Virus record (IMG/VR): IMGVR_UViG_3300012012_002042
DNA length: 44,045 bases
Origin: an uncultured virus (IMG/VR IMGVR_UViG_3300012012_002042)
Taxonomy: Duplodnaviria; Heunggongvirae; Uroviricota; Caudoviricetes
Strand: one strand, 5' to 3'
Shown here: positions 16,896-27,826 of the stretch, piece by piece
Position numbering within the stretch: the stretch's first letter is position 1
How the letters are laid out: every line of letters starts with the position of its first letter
The notes under the pieces: generated by a model
What the model saw: only the letters and a program-made list of their open reading frames with translations
What the model was told of the DNA's origin: nothing
Database searches by the model: none
Translations under genes and position numbers: made by a program

Positions 16896-18196
16896 TTCAG
16901 TCACACGGCCTCGGCGTGGAGTCGCAAGCAATCCTGGAGAACTGGCACTACGACCCAACCAGCCGACCTTTCAAAGATTGGTCACAATTGATCGTGGTGA
17001 CGGCGCAGGTCGGCGAAGAGCACAAGAACGACACGGTCCCGCTCGCTGAGGCCCGCATGCTGCCAATTCTTCGGGAGCACAAGGTGCGCTTTGTGGAATT
17101 GGCCAGGCGCGGGCATTTGGAGGAGGATGGGATTGTCATTCTTCAGGATACCCGTGAGCCGTGGAAATTGAACCCTGATGGGGTTTACAAATTGTCCGAC
17201 GAACTGCTGCATTCCGGCACGGTGCCGCAGTTCGGAGGCGAGCACAGGTGCGCCATGAAATTCAAAGCATTTCCAATCGAAACGTGGCTGGCCTACGAGT
17301 TTCAGAATCGGCGCGAGGTGCCCGTGCATCACGTGTTCGGCTACAATGCCGACGAGACCACTCGCATCAGCAAATCCGACCTGCACATCACGCGCCATAA
17401 TTCAGATCGGGAAATTATTCACCCAGGTAAGTCGGTGCTGGAAGTGTTCGGGTTTAATTCGGAAGAGAGCAAACGAATCGAGCGCTCACGCAAATACGAT
17501 GGACCCGTCCGCACCGGAGCATACCCGCTGCAAGCCTGGGGCTGGAATCGGCAGAAGTGTTTGGACTTCATCAAGGAACGCTCCGGTCTGGATTGGAAGA
17601 AGTCCCACTGCTCCTTCTGCCCGTTTTGTGCGGAGGCGACAAAGGGTGAAGAGGGTGCAGTCAAACGCTGGCACGACTCGCCTGAGCAGACGGCACACGG
17701 CCTGATGGTGGAGCATAATTCGATGAGCTTCAACTTCCGCGGACACCTTTATCGGGACCGTGCATTGATCGATGTCATCCGTGCGAAGAACGTCACACCG
17801 GTGTTGGAAATATTCGAACGGAAATTGGATGCTGTCCCGTGGGGCCTGTATCACGTTCGGCGTATTTACACGGCCAAGGGGAAAGCCATACGCTGTGTGC
17901 AGCCGATCCTGAAAGGGACTCGAAACGAGATGCTGACTGAACTGTTGGCCTCGGTGAATCGTGCGCCGTGGTGGAAATGGTTTGAGCAGCGGAAGATCAC
18001 ATATTTGATGACGCACGAGCGGGAGCCGGAGAAGTATCCAACGCGCGAGGCTTTTTACGTGGCTGCGCCGGCCTTCATGGAATTGAAACTGCGCGGGCCA
18101 GTTGAAGTATTCGATGAGCGCTGGGATCGGGTAGGCAGAGGTTTGTCAATGAATCCAGGGAAAAACAAAATTGAAGAGGAGGAACTTACAACATGA
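16880..18196 (+). CDS. PP-loop / PAPS-reductase-like (adenine nucleotide alpha-hydrolase) protein
   Basis: SHGLGVES (SxGxDS-like), AQVGEE, RCAMKFK, GYNADE..R, YPL..WGWNR..C, KSHCSFCPF. Likely start is GTG 16880. Confidence 0.75.
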   Translation: MDEIVIQSHGLGVESQAILENWHYDPTSRPFKDWSQLIVVTAQVGEEHKNDTVPLAEARMLPILREHKVRFVELARRGHLEEDGIVILQDTREPWKLNPDGVYKLSDELLHSGTVPQFGGEHRCAMKFKAFPIETWLAYEFQNRREVPVHHVFGYNADETTRISKSDLHITRHNSDREIIHPGKSVLEVFGFNSEESKRIERSRKYDGPVRTGAYPLQAWGWNRQKCLDFIKERSGLDWKKSHCSFCPFCAEATKGEEGAVKRWHDSPEQTAHGLMVEHNSMSFNFRGHLYRDRALIDVIRAKNVTPVLEIFERKLDAVPWGLYHVRRIYTAKGKAIRCVQPILKGTRNEMLTELLASVNRAPWWKWFEQRKITYLMTHEREPEKYPTREAFYVAAPAFMELKLRGPVEVFDERWDRVGRGLSMNPGKNKIEEEELTT

Positions 18197-18498
18197 AAGT
18201 GCATCTGATTACAGATTCGGTTTTGGAACTGACGCAAGAGCAGCCAGGATATTGGAAAGGGGTGACGCAGATCGGCGAGGTCGCTGTGAAGCGCATCGAG
18301 GAAAGCCTTGCGCTGTGCTCTACGCTGGAGCGCGAGCTTGCCGAGGCTCGCGCCGTGATTGCAGACCTGCTCGCCGAGGCTGTGCCCGTAGCTGCCGAGA
18401 GCGGAGATGCGGGCATGGTATATGTCGAGATGACGGAAGCGGAGTGGCAGGACATAGTGGATGCCACCGCGCGTGCCACAGCATTTCTCGCGAAATGA
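18193..18498 (+). CDS. Hypothetical protein
   Basis: ATGA overlap; short coiled coil. Confidence 0.55.
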   Translation: MKVHLITDSVLELTQEQPGYWKGVTQIGEVAVKRIEESLALCSTLERELAEARAVIADLLAEAVPVAAESGDAGMVYVEMTEAEWQDIVDATARATAFLAK

Positions 18499-18550
18499 CC
18501 GCGCTCCCTGCCAACGCCCGCCTCATCGCCATCGCGACGGGAGGTGCGAA

Positions 18551-18853
18551 GTGAGTGCGTCATGCGTCGAATCAATGCGGGATTGGGAGCGCCGGCTGGC
18601 CAGTGAGGCATTTGCCAATGGTGCCCACATTCCTTACGGCTGGAACGTGGAATATGATGACGGTGGTGATGGCTGTATGCCGGCTGGCTGGTATCTGATC
18701 GGATTGTGCCGAAACGGGGTGCCGATTGATTTCCCGGTGCGGCACGAATACGGCCCCTTCGATTCGGAAAACGAGGCGCGGGGATACATCGCGGAACTCC
18801 GCCGCGACCATGGACGCACAGCGTTATACCGAGAGGTGGGTCAGCAAAGATGA
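18551..18853 (+). CDS. Hypothetical protein
   Basis: GTG after GGAGG; contains GWY...GPFDSENEAR motif seen in small phage proteins. Confidence 0.5.
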   Translation: MSASCVESMRDWERRLASEAFANGAHIPYGWNVEYDDGGDGCMPAGWYLIGLCRNGVPIDFPVRHEYGPFDSENEARGYIAELRRDHGRTALYREVGQQR

Positions 18854-18898
18854 AGAGGATGTCGTAATGTTGCACTGGAAAATCAAACAAAAAAACAA

Positions 18899-20992
18899 AT
18901 GATCACAATTCAACCGCCGGCCGAGATCAAAGGCCACGTATCGCAGAAAATGATCCACATGATGGATCGGGTATTTAACGGAAGTCTGGAAACATGCATC
19001 GTGGAAATCATCCAGAATGCACGACGCGCCAAGGCCACCCATATCGACGTCACCGCCACCTACGTGGCCGACTGCGGCAATGGCGCGCACCTGGTGCTCA
19101 AATTCCATGACAATGGCATTGGACTCGCCAATCCCCAAATGCTGGTGGAAGTGGCCGAGTCTTCGTGGACGCCGGACGTGACCTCAGTGGAAGATCCAGG
19201 TGGTCAGGGATTCTATGCTTTGATCACAGCCGCGACGGACGCCGGCGTGGAAGTGTGCTCTCGTGATTGGCAAGCGTTCATCTCGCGCGCTGTGGCGATG
19301 GGGAGTGTCGGCACTGCACCCATTTACGGAAGGGGTCCCATCGAGGGCACCAGTTTCGAATTCACCGTCAAGGTGCCGGAGAAATTCACCACCAGATATG
19401 GATACTCCTCGCACTGGGATAACGACCCGAAGGCACCCAATCCTCCGGAGGCAATCAAGGCTTTGCAGGGACATATCCACGAAGTGAGCGCGGTGGCTGG
19501 AATTACCATCTCGTTCAACGGGCGTCATCTTCCGTGTTTTGACTTCCTGACCGGAGCCATTGCAGTCACGGAATACCGTGGAGTGCGAGTGGGGATTTTC
19601 AGCCAGCGTATGAATTACGGCTTTGATGACTCAATACTCCCGTCTGAATACAAGTACTGGTGGCAGCCCAACAATGGTAACCCATTGCGAGAGAGGATTA
19701 ATTTCTTCGGATGTCACCCGCACACGCATACTGACGACTGTCTTCCGGAGTTGGAGTTTCTCGGGGAGAATGGGAAAATTGGCTATATGCTCAAATGGGA
19801 TATTCTTACCACAGAAGCTGTGAAGATGACACTACCACAACGGGATCACATCAAACGGTCTGTGGAAGTGGATGACTTGCTGAGATTCTCGAAGGATTTT
19901 CTGATCCGCACCTTCATGACACGCCTGGACGGAAAGCATCGCATGCGATTCACCAAGTGGAAGAGCATCAAGGATTGGGCGCCGGACGTGGAGATTCCTG
20001 AGTCTGTACCATATTTGGATCACTGGTATATCGATGACCAGAAGGATTGCGGCGGCGGTAACCTATGGCCCGAACGTCCTTCGGAATTCAAAGCGCCATA
20101 CAGCGCACTGAACAACATGCCGAAAGACGTGACCGTGCTGGTATTCCCGAATACGGATAATCGCAATATGCTGGCGTTTCATCTGCTGCTAGGCCTGTGC
20201 TGCGCTGTGGATTCTGACGCGGCACAGAGTGGTTACACAGAACCGCCCAAAGACGGAATATTCANNNNNNNNNNNNNNNNNNNNNNNNNNNNNNNNNNNN
20301 NCATTGCTGGAAAAGACTACGCGGTGTTTGAAGGAGACTCATCGAGTATCGGATATTCCTGGTATGACAATCTGACGTTTCTGACCGACGAGCGCAACAT
20401 TGTGGAGGTGCGTGCGACGAAGCGCGGGATGAAAGGCAAGATGTGTTTTGAGATCACAGGGGACGCACTGGAAGATACTGGTAATATGGAAGTCTGGGAG
20501 ACCGCGAAGGTGGACAAGATATTCCTGACATTCAAGGTGCCGGGGAAATTTGAGATGGAGCTACAACTCCCGTTTGTGTTGTCAATGACCGAGGATGAAG
20601 GCGCCAGCTGTAATGGCATGGACTGCTGCGGTGATCTGGTTTGGACACCAGGCGCGGAGAAGTGGGAGGACTTCATTTACGCACGTATCTGGAATCTGAT
20701 CGGGTGTTTTGATGGCGATCACGACGAATCTGCTTCTGAAGAGGCCTCTGGAAATGTTTACGATTACCTGCGTTCAGTATTTCACGGTCGCGAATCCCTG
20801 ATGACCAAGCGGATGGAGGAAGTCGCTGGCAAAGTGGTGCGGTATCTGAATGATGAGGCCCTGGGCACCGTTCCAAAGTCTGCCATCTTCAGGATTACGG
20901 AAAACAAGAAAAAGGTAAACAGGTGGGATCCTGCTGTTATTGTGAAGTGGGAAGTGACTCTGAAGAGTGGTAAAAAATTGAAATCCAAATGA
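18899..20992 (+). CDS. GHKL (HATPase_c/MutL/Hsp90-like) ATPase domain protein
   Basis: EIIQNARRAKAT (N box), HDNGIGL (G1), DPGGQGFYAL (G2), GTSFEF. Spans a 37-N gap at 20265-20301, so frame continuity is assumed. Confidence 0.8.
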   Translation: MITIQPPAEIKGHVSQKMIHMMDRVFNGSLETCIVEIIQNARRAKATHIDVTATYVADCGNGAHLVLKFHDNGIGLANPQMLVEVAESSWTPDVTSVEDPGGQGFYALITAATDAGVEVCSRDWQAFISRAVAMGSVGTAPIYGRGPIEGTSFEFTVKVPEKFTTRYGYSSHWDNDPKAPNPPEAIKALQGHIHEVSAVAGITISFNGRHLPCFDFLTGAIAVTEYRGVRVGIFSQRMNYGFDDSILPSEYKYWWQPNNGNPLRERINFFGCHPHTHTDDCLPELEFLGENGKIGYMLKWDILTTEAVKMTLPQRDHIKRSVEVDDLLRFSKDFLIRTFMTRLDGKHRMRFTKWKSIKDWAPDVEIPESVPYLDHWYIDDQKDCGGGNLWPERPSEFKAPYSALNNMPKDVTVLVFPNTDNRNMLAFHLLLGLCCAVDSDAAQSGYTEPPKDGIFXXXXXXXXXXXXXIAGKDYAVFEGDSSSIGYSWYDNLTFLTDERNIVEVRATKRGMKGKMCFEITGDALEDTGNMEVWETAKVDKIFLTFKVPGKFEMELQLPFVLSMTEDEGASCNGMDCCGDLVWTPGAEKWEDFIYARIWNLIGCFDGDHDESASEEASGNVYDYLRSVFHGRESLMTKRMEEVAGKVVRYLNDEALGTVPKSAIFRITENKKKVNRWDPAVIVKWEVTLKSGKKLKSK

Positions 20993-21255
20993 AACTACTG
21001 AGTATCGACGACATGCTGGAGGCGGCGAAGGACTCGAAGATGCCGAATTTTGAAGGACACAAGATGGCACTGGAAGGCGCCGCTGATTGTCTGGCAAATC
21101 AGTTGGCAACCCACCTGAAAATCAATAAAGGGCGGAGTGCCGCTTGGCGCGACAAGGCCTTCGGAGGTCTGCTGGCAGCGTTCGGACCGATACAGCAGGG
21201 GCAGAAATGCCCGAAGGTGATTGATGCAGGTGACCCGGAGGGTGACTGGGAATGA
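20989..21255 (+). CDS. Hypothetical protein
   Basis: ATGA overlaps on both sides. Confidence 0.6.
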   Translation: MKLLSIDDMLEAAKDSKMPNFEGHKMALEGAADCLANQLATHLKINKGRSAAWRDKAFGGLLAAFGPIQQGQKCPKVIDAGDPEGDWE

Positions 21256-21923
21256 TCTCTGAGCTCAATCCCGTCGCTGTGACGTTTCCGGCAACATGGG
21301 AATTGGATCAGAATACTTTGGAGTTTTCGGTAATCGGAGCGCCGGAAATATCTTACGAGGCGATCTGTCCTGTGTCCTCATTTGCCCGAGTGATCGGTGA
21401 CAGGATGCCAAAATTGGACCTACATAATTCTGTGACGGTTGACTACGGATATTCGGTTTTCTTCCATCATTACTTCACAGACAGGGACGGACCCTCGGCG
21501 TATGGATTCACCACACGCCTGGAGAGGGCTCTGTTCAGGAGGATGATTTGCGTCAGCGGAATTGGACCCAGGAAAGCCTTGGCCATTTTGTCTAGGACGA
21601 ATTACGAGGCGATATGGAGACTGATCCGCACAGGCGATCGGGAGAGTTTCTCCAATCTGCCAGGCACCGGCAAGAAAGCCAAGTTCGGACCGGATCTTAT
21701 TGCGGCCTTGTTCGACGCAGACATTCCGCAACCCGAGATACCAAAGGGGAAAGCTCCGGCGGTCGTCATTCTGAATGAGGATGCGGTGCTGGCGTTGCAG
21801 GTGCTCGGCCGAAAACAAGCGCAAGCAAAGGAAGCTGTGCGGACTGTGATGGAGCAAAATCCAGGGGAAGAAGACACTGGAAAAATAACGGCGATGGCAA
21901 ACAAACTACTCATCGGAAAATGA
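21252..21923 (+). CDS. ruvA: Holliday junction branch migration protein RuvA homolog
   Basis: YGF....ERALF..MICVSGIGPRKALAILS; GD...FSNLPGTGKK; C-terminal DAVLALQVLG...AKEAV domain. Confidence 0.9.
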   Translation: MISELNPVAVTFPATWELDQNTLEFSVIGAPEISYEAICPVSSFARVIGDRMPKLDLHNSVTVDYGYSVFFHHYFTDRDGPSAYGFTTRLERALFRRMICVSGIGPRKALAILSRTNYEAIWRLIRTGDRESFSNLPGTGKKAKFGPDLIAALFDADIPQPEIPKGKAPAVVILNEDAVLALQVLGRKQAQAKEAVRTVMEQNPGEEDTGKITAMANKLLIGK

Positions 21924-22804
21924 TCGCGAACAAAACTGCGAAAATGGTGATGGACCAACCGTCCTATCACCCGTATTACAATGTCGAGCACAGCGTGAAA
22001 TTCACGACTGGCGGAGTGGAGTTTCAGATATTCGTGGCAAACGGTTACAACGCCGGCGGTCTGATCGGTACGGAATGCAATGGCATCGTGTTGGTGGACC
22101 TGACCAAAAGGGGCGTGATATTCGATGAATGGAAGCGCCTCGGTGGTTGTTCGATGGGGTCTACGCCGGCTCAGAATCTGGAATTGGAACGCATCGTCAA
22201 TATGAATGCGCAGGAGCTCAACGACTTCCTGGACAACACCACAGGCCTGCGTCTGCGCTACAATCCATTCGAAGGGAAGAAGCTGGAGACCAAGGAAAAG
22301 AAATCAAAAATCGATGCCGGCATTGCCAAGGGCAAGACCTACAATGACGCGATATATATGGATGCCAAGACGAAGGCGCGAGTGTTGCGCGCCTGGGAAC
22401 TGCTGATCGTGAAGCGGTTGAACATGAGTCCGGTCATGTCACCGACGGAGGAGTGTGTTTTGCTGGGTGCGTTTCCAGATGCGCTTTACAAACACATGAG
22501 TTTGCACATGGGGCACATCGCTCATTTCAACCGGCACGGTTTCTTCCAAGCACAGATTTGCAACCTTCCGGATCTCTTCCGGAATGTCCACAACACTGCG
22601 CATGACCGGAGTAATTACGGCATGAGTCTGCGGTGTAATGACGACTACGCGGATTTGTTCACGGACATGACGAAGGTTTCCAAGCATTATCTGCCATTGC
22701 TGGAGAAACTGAAACGAGAGGCGGAGGCGCAGCGCGTGTCTGAAGATATCACACGCGCCACGAGGCTCCTGGAAGCGACCGGACACACAGTGACTGCACA
22801 ATAA
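21920..22804 (+). CDS. Hypothetical protein
   Basis: 294 aa, ATGA-coupled. Confidence 0.6.
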   Translation: MIANKTAKMVMDQPSYHPYYNVEHSVKFTTGGVEFQIFVANGYNAGGLIGTECNGIVLVDLTKRGVIFDEWKRLGGCSMGSTPAQNLELERIVNMNAQELNDFLDNTTGLRLRYNPFEGKKLETKEKKSKIDAGIAKGKTYNDAIYMDAKTKARVLRAWELLIVKRLNMSPVMSPTEECVLLGAFPDALYKHMSLHMGHIAHFNRHGFFQAQICNLPDLFRNVHNTAHDRSNYGMSLRCNDDYADLFTDMTKVSKHYLPLLEKLKREAEAQRVSEDITRATRLLEATGHTVTAQ

Positions 22805-22808
22805 TACA

Positions 22809-23426
22809 ATGAGCACGAAAATACCCAAGATGCGAGCGAAGAGGTGCGACCCTCCTCACGGGGATGAATTGGATCCGAGAAAACCGATTCCGGATAATCT
22901 GATCTCGCTGCCGGAGCTGAGAATTGAGGACGGGGAGAATCACGCCAAGTTTGCCCGGGCCTACCTGGAGGCGGGCCACAACGCCAAGATTGCCGTATTC
23001 CTTCTCCCCGTCGTCGGGCGGAAATTGAGCATCTGGTATATCTACAAAGAACACGCGGAAGAGATTCGCCAGCGCCTGCGTGCCAAATGGAAGAAGGAAG
23101 CCGAGAAGGCAGAATTGCAGAAGAAGCAGTCCGAGCTGGAATTCAAACCGAAGGTGAAGGGATCCCTGTATCCCAGCCGTCCGGACATCGGCCAGTTCTC
23201 ATCGGATGAGAAGGTGGAGGTGCTGAATTATCTGGCAAACGTCCGTCGAGGGCTGGATCAGGTGATTGATTATTTGACCGGCGTGACTCCGCAAAACCCC
23301 CAGCACGACTCCGAAAAAGCCGAGGATCTATGGAATCCCCCGGTGGTGGCAGGCGGGACGCCTTCTGTCGTGTTCGCGGCACCACCACCTGCGGAAAGAG
23401 ATCCGAGCGACTCTGACAAAAAATGA
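22809..23426 (+). CDS. Hypothetical protein
   Basis: 205 aa ORF in the co-oriented run. Confidence 0.6.
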   Translation: MSTKIPKMRAKRCDPPHGDELDPRKPIPDNLISLPELRIEDGENHAKFARAYLEAGHNAKIAVFLLPVVGRKLSIWYIYKEHAEEIRQRLRAKWKKEAEKAELQKKQSELEFKPKVKGSLYPSRPDIGQFSSDEKVEVLNYLANVRRGLDQVIDYLTGVTPQNPQHDSEKAEDLWNPPVVAGGTPSVVFAAPPPAERDPSDSDKK

Positions 23427-23935
23427 GCACTCCCGTGAAACTGCCCGAAGGGCATCAGTGGAAATCGGTCGATTCTGGGATGGCCCAGTGGAATCGGTTT
23501 GAATGTCGAAAATGTGATGCGGTGTTCGAACATAACACGGAGGACGGAGAAATCACGTTCGAGCCTGATGATTGCCCGGATCTGAAATTGCGACTGACCT
23601 TGGAAATCGATTACGTCAAAAACGGAACTTCGATTAAATACCTGAAGGATAATCTGCATCGCCTGGTGACTCATGCTCTTGGCGAAGGGTTGATCTGCGG
23701 AGAGGAAGAGGCCGCGGTGACGCGACATTCCTCGACCGTGGAAAATATCACACGGCCCTGGAAGGATGACCAAATCCAATTCCCCAGGCTGATCGAGGAA
23801 TTGCAGGGAGCCGGCGCTTTCAGTAGCAAGGTGATAGACGAGTTGTGCGAATCAATGGATCTGACAATGGAGGATATTGCAGAAATCACGAAGCGAGCAC
23901 GGTTTCGATGGGAAAACATCAAGGCCGGACTTTGA
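23423..23935 (+). CDS. Hypothetical protein with an N-terminal Zn-ribbon-like motif
   Basis: GHQW...CRKC...C; ATGA-coupled. Confidence 0.6.
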   Translation: MSTPVKLPEGHQWKSVDSGMAQWNRFECRKCDAVFEHNTEDGEITFEPDDCPDLKLRLTLEIDYVKNGTSIKYLKDNLHRLVTHALGEGLICGEEEAAVTRHSSTVENITRPWKDDQIQFPRLIEELQGAGAFSSKVIDELCESMDLTMEDIAEITKRARFRWENIKAGL

Positions 23936-24216
23936 TGGACCTGACGAAATGCCCGAGCTGCAGAGGCCCTATAACACTGACGAGCGGTGAAAGCACTCTA
24001 CCTGAGAGTCGGCTGTGTTTGCAGTGTGCTGAAAAGTTACCAGGCTGGGCATACGAACTCTTGCAGGACGGACGCCAGCTGCTGCAAGCGATGAACGCGG
24101 ATCCCAGCACACAGCTACCGAAGTCGAGAGTGCATGATTTGATCGAAAGCATTCTCCTCCGCGTCGTTATCCGGCGACGTATGACGCAAGCTGAAGCCGA
24201 TGAACTGGACGATTGA
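23935..24216 (+). CDS. Small Zn-finger protein
   Basis: CPSC...CLQC; TGATG overlap. Confidence 0.55.
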   Translation: MDLTKCPSCRGPITLTSGESTLPESRLCLQCAEKLPGWAYELLQDGRQLLQAMNADPSTQLPKSRVHDLIESILLRVVIRRRMTQAEADELDD

Positions 24217-25366
24217 GACCCCTCCTGAGATTGAAGCCTTGCTCGCTGCCAGAGCCCCTGTGGCAGTCGGCGTCAGTGGCGGCAAGGACTCCGTAGCGTG
24301 CGTCCTGGCCGTGGCAGAGTATCTCCGTGAGGCTGGACATAAAGGACCATCACTCCTGGTTCATGCAGACCTTGGAATGGTCGAGTGGCAAGACTCAGGC
24401 CCCGCGTGCAAACGCCTGAGTCACTATCTGCAGGCCCGAGGGCCTGAGTTCAAATACCCGATCTCATGGGGATCAGCGGCGTCCTGGGTCGGGGATAAAC
24501 ATGGAGATTGGGTTCCGAATTGGCAGCTCCACACAGTCAGGCGTGCTGCTGGCGGTATGATGGAACGCTGGGAGAGCCGCTGGGCATCTTCCCAGCGCCG
24601 CTACGAGAGCCTGGAGTGTGTGAAGCTCATCCTGCCATGGTCCACACCGTCCATGCGTTTCTGCACCTCAGAATTGAAGTCAGCGCCGATCGCCAATTTC
24701 CTGAAGAAGATGTTTCCAAAACAGAAGGTGATTTCCGTGACTGGTATTCGAGCTGACGAATCCCCGAACCGGGCGAAGATGCCAGTGGCGAAACCGAATC
24801 CGCGGTTGCATCCTGGCAGCCTGGATTGGAACCCGATCCTGAAATGGCCTGTGCAGGCTGTGTGGAATAAAATAAAGCAGCACGGTTTGCCTCCTCACGA
24901 GGCTTACGGCACGTTCGGATCTTCCCGTGTGAGCTGCGCATTCTGCATCATGTCCAAGGCGGATGATTTGAGGGCTGCGCTGAGCGATCCTCGGAACATG
25001 GAGATTTACCGGCGCATGTGCATCCTCGAGCAAATCAGTGGCTTTGCATTTCAGCAGGGCAAATGGCTGAGTGACCTTGCACCCGAGCCGATTGCGAGCC
25101 AGTGGAAACAATCGATTCTCGTTTCCAAGGAGAAGGCGGCAAAGCGAGAGGCGATTGAGAAGCGGATACCGAAGGACTTGGAATTCACGAAGGGCTGGCC
25201 GTTGCGGATGCCGACTCTGGATGAGGCGGTGATCATCGCCAAAGTTCGGGCAGAAATATCCATTCTGCAGGGGATCACGCCCAGGTTCACGACTCCCATT
25301 GAGGTGTTAAAGCGTTACAAGGAATTGATGGATTTGAAGAAACTCAAAGAATTGAAAAATAAATGA
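24200..25366 (+). CDS. Phosphoadenosine phosphosulfate (PAPS) reductase family protein
   Basis: VSGGKDS PP-loop, HADLG.VEW, RFCTSELK, GIRADES.NRA, PILKW, HEAY..G.SRVSCAFCI. Confidence 0.9.
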   Translation: MNWTIETPPEIEALLAARAPVAVGVSGGKDSVACVLAVAEYLREAGHKGPSLLVHADLGMVEWQDSGPACKRLSHYLQARGPEFKYPISWGSAASWVGDKHGDWVPNWQLHTVRRAAGGMMERWESRWASSQRRYESLECVKLILPWSTPSMRFCTSELKSAPIANFLKKMFPKQKVISVTGIRADESPNRAKMPVAKPNPRLHPGSLDWNPILKWPVQAVWNKIKQHGLPPHEAYGTFGSSRVSCAFCIMSKADDLRAALSDPRNMEIYRRMCILEQISGFAFQQGKWLSDLAPEPIASQWKQSILVSKEKAAKREAIEKRIPKDLEFTKGWPLRMPTLDEAVIIAKVRAEISILQGITPRFTTPIEVLKRYKELMDLKKLKELKNK

Positions 25367-27826
25367 GAAACAAACCAAGTTGGATGACCAACGACTATCG
25401 CGTCGTCAGCAATGATGCATTGCTTGCTCTGTTGAAGGAACTGCCTGCCGAGGGTTTGAAGACTGCGCTGCTGGGACAGATACGCGAGCATGGACTGACC
25501 AGCAATCAGCGGAGTCTCATCGAGGAGATGGCAGCGGAGATAACAGCGGAAATGCACATCGATAAATGGGTGGTGGCAGCTCAACAACGCATGAAGACTG
25601 AAAAACAAATGAAAATTACACTTCAAGGAGTGTCGTCGGATTTTGTCCAGCGCGCCCTCGAGGAGAAAGGTATCCTGCGCGCGATCGACCATTTACCATA
25701 CGAGTCGGCTGAAGGGGGATATCAATTCGTTGGAGGCCCTCAGATGAGCACGGAAGACATTTTCGAGGAATTCGAGTTTCGCGATATGACAGGTGAGCTA
25801 GTGGATAATCAGGTTCTCGACGGAATTATCTTTAACCTGGGACCATGGTTTCGGAACGTCGTCGAATGAGCCCGGAAATTCACGAAATGATTCATGATCT
25901 GGAGCCGTCGAAACTTCGCCAGATCGTGTTCAAAATCCAGGAGGTGCTGAACGAGGCGCATGTGGGATTGGATTGGTTCGAAGGAATCGTCCAGGAAGCC
26001 ATGGAAGCGCAAAAATCTGAGGCCGCCAATAATCCTGCCGACCCGTTCAACATCACGGACGAGCAATATCGGGAAGCCTGCGAAACCAGATATGGCCGAG
26101 ACGGTGACCTGGAAATTGATGACGGAGCTGAAGTCTCACGCGGCGACGATTCCGGCGCCTACGTGCAAGCCTGGAAGTGGATTTCTGACAGCCAGGTCCG
26201 ACACACTCTGAGTTTACCAGAACCCGTCTGTCGTAAATGCGGAGCACCTTTGATTCACGACCCTGATGGTTCGGTCGGCGTTGTGGTGCACATGACGGAA
26301 CTGGGGGAGGTCGATCGCGAAAGCGATGAAGATCATGTAGGAATACCACAAATTGCTGGTGAGGAGAAAATCCGAGCATGATCAGGCGATGAAGCCTCCA
26401 TTCATCCAGGTGCCTACACGCTGCGGCAATTCGATCGTCATTATTGGGACTGCGCATATTTGCAGCGTGCGCAAGGACCGTACGATCACGGGAAACACTA
26501 CCGAGTATTACACGGTAATCGAACACATCGGGGATGCTGGGTATCACACACGGAAAACACACACGAATCTGACTGTGGATGCAGTCGCTAAATTAATCGA
26601 CGCACAATATGATTAAAGAAAAATGGTATGGAAGGGTGACCAACGTAGGAGGGCCCCACGAACAAGGACTGATTGTGGATGAAGAAACAGGAGCCAGTAT
26701 TGCGGTCTGCTACGACTCGAAGCACGTCAATATTATTGCAGCAGCTCCCGCGGCGATCGATGTCCTGAAGCGGCTGTCTGAGGAGATTGGCTACGCTGGT
26801 TCACAACGAGTCCCGAGTGTGGAGGCCATTGCCGAGATGCGTGATGTCCTGTCAAATGCTGCAGAGGAGCCAAAATGACTGAACCACAGCTACTCTGGCT
26901 GATTGAGAATTGCGATCATGTGAGTCTCTCGGGAACCAACAAGGAATTCGAGGGAATGCAGATTGAAAGCTTCGGGGATTGGGGTCTCGCAGGACTCTAC
27001 CCTGAATTGGACCCAATGCCAAACCAGGCGGAAAAAGTGCTCAACATTGAGCACGGACCCACGGAGGATCAGCATTATTTCCTGCTGAGCGAGTTGACAA
27101 AGCCAGACTCGTGGAATGACGACAAACGCATGCTGACGGCAAAAGACTTGGACGGGGAACTCTGCGAGATGCAATTCATGAAAGCCCGAGCATTGAAGAC
27201 GCTCGACGCCGACATGGGTGATGTGTTGGGGGAATTTTCCGCGGATGACCAGCTCCTGAAGAATGGTGTCTGGTTCGTGAAACAATTCGACAAACTGCAT
27301 CACATGCTGGGATTGGAAATTATTGGCGCCTACCAATCCAGGATCAAACAAGTGCTCGCTGAGGTTGCGCGTATGACGACCAAGGCGAAGCCGCGGCTCA
27401 CAATCGTGGAGTGTGTCCGGTGCGGAAGCATGATTTATGAGAATGGAATGTGCACGGATGAGACATGCCCGTTCGATTCACACCAGCAGGATTGTCAGGC
27501 CGGCTGGACTGGGCACCCGGAAAAAGATCCGTATTTTATGACGGATGAGAAGCCAATTCCATGCACTTGTAAGAAATGACCTTCAACAAGCTCTGCAAGG
27601 AGTGCATCGCTCACGCCTTGGACAGCGGACAACTAGACGACTACAAACCAGAATGAGCGACGACACTGACGACAAGACCTATGCGATCTGGCGCTTTTAT
27701 CATCCGAGCCAGAAGAGAGAATCGGTGAAGATCAAAGGAGGACTGAACCTCCAGGATGCCAAGGATCATTGCGAGGATCCGGACACGAAGTGCGCTGAGT
27801 GGTTTGAGGGATTTCAACAGGAATGA
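25363..27826 (+). other. Run of small hypothetical phage ORFs: 25363-25869, 25866-26381, ~26389-26616, 26609-26878, 26875-27579 (C-terminal Cys-rich), ~27653-27826
   Basis: Consecutive overlapping + strand ORFs with no recognisable family. Confidence 0.55.
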
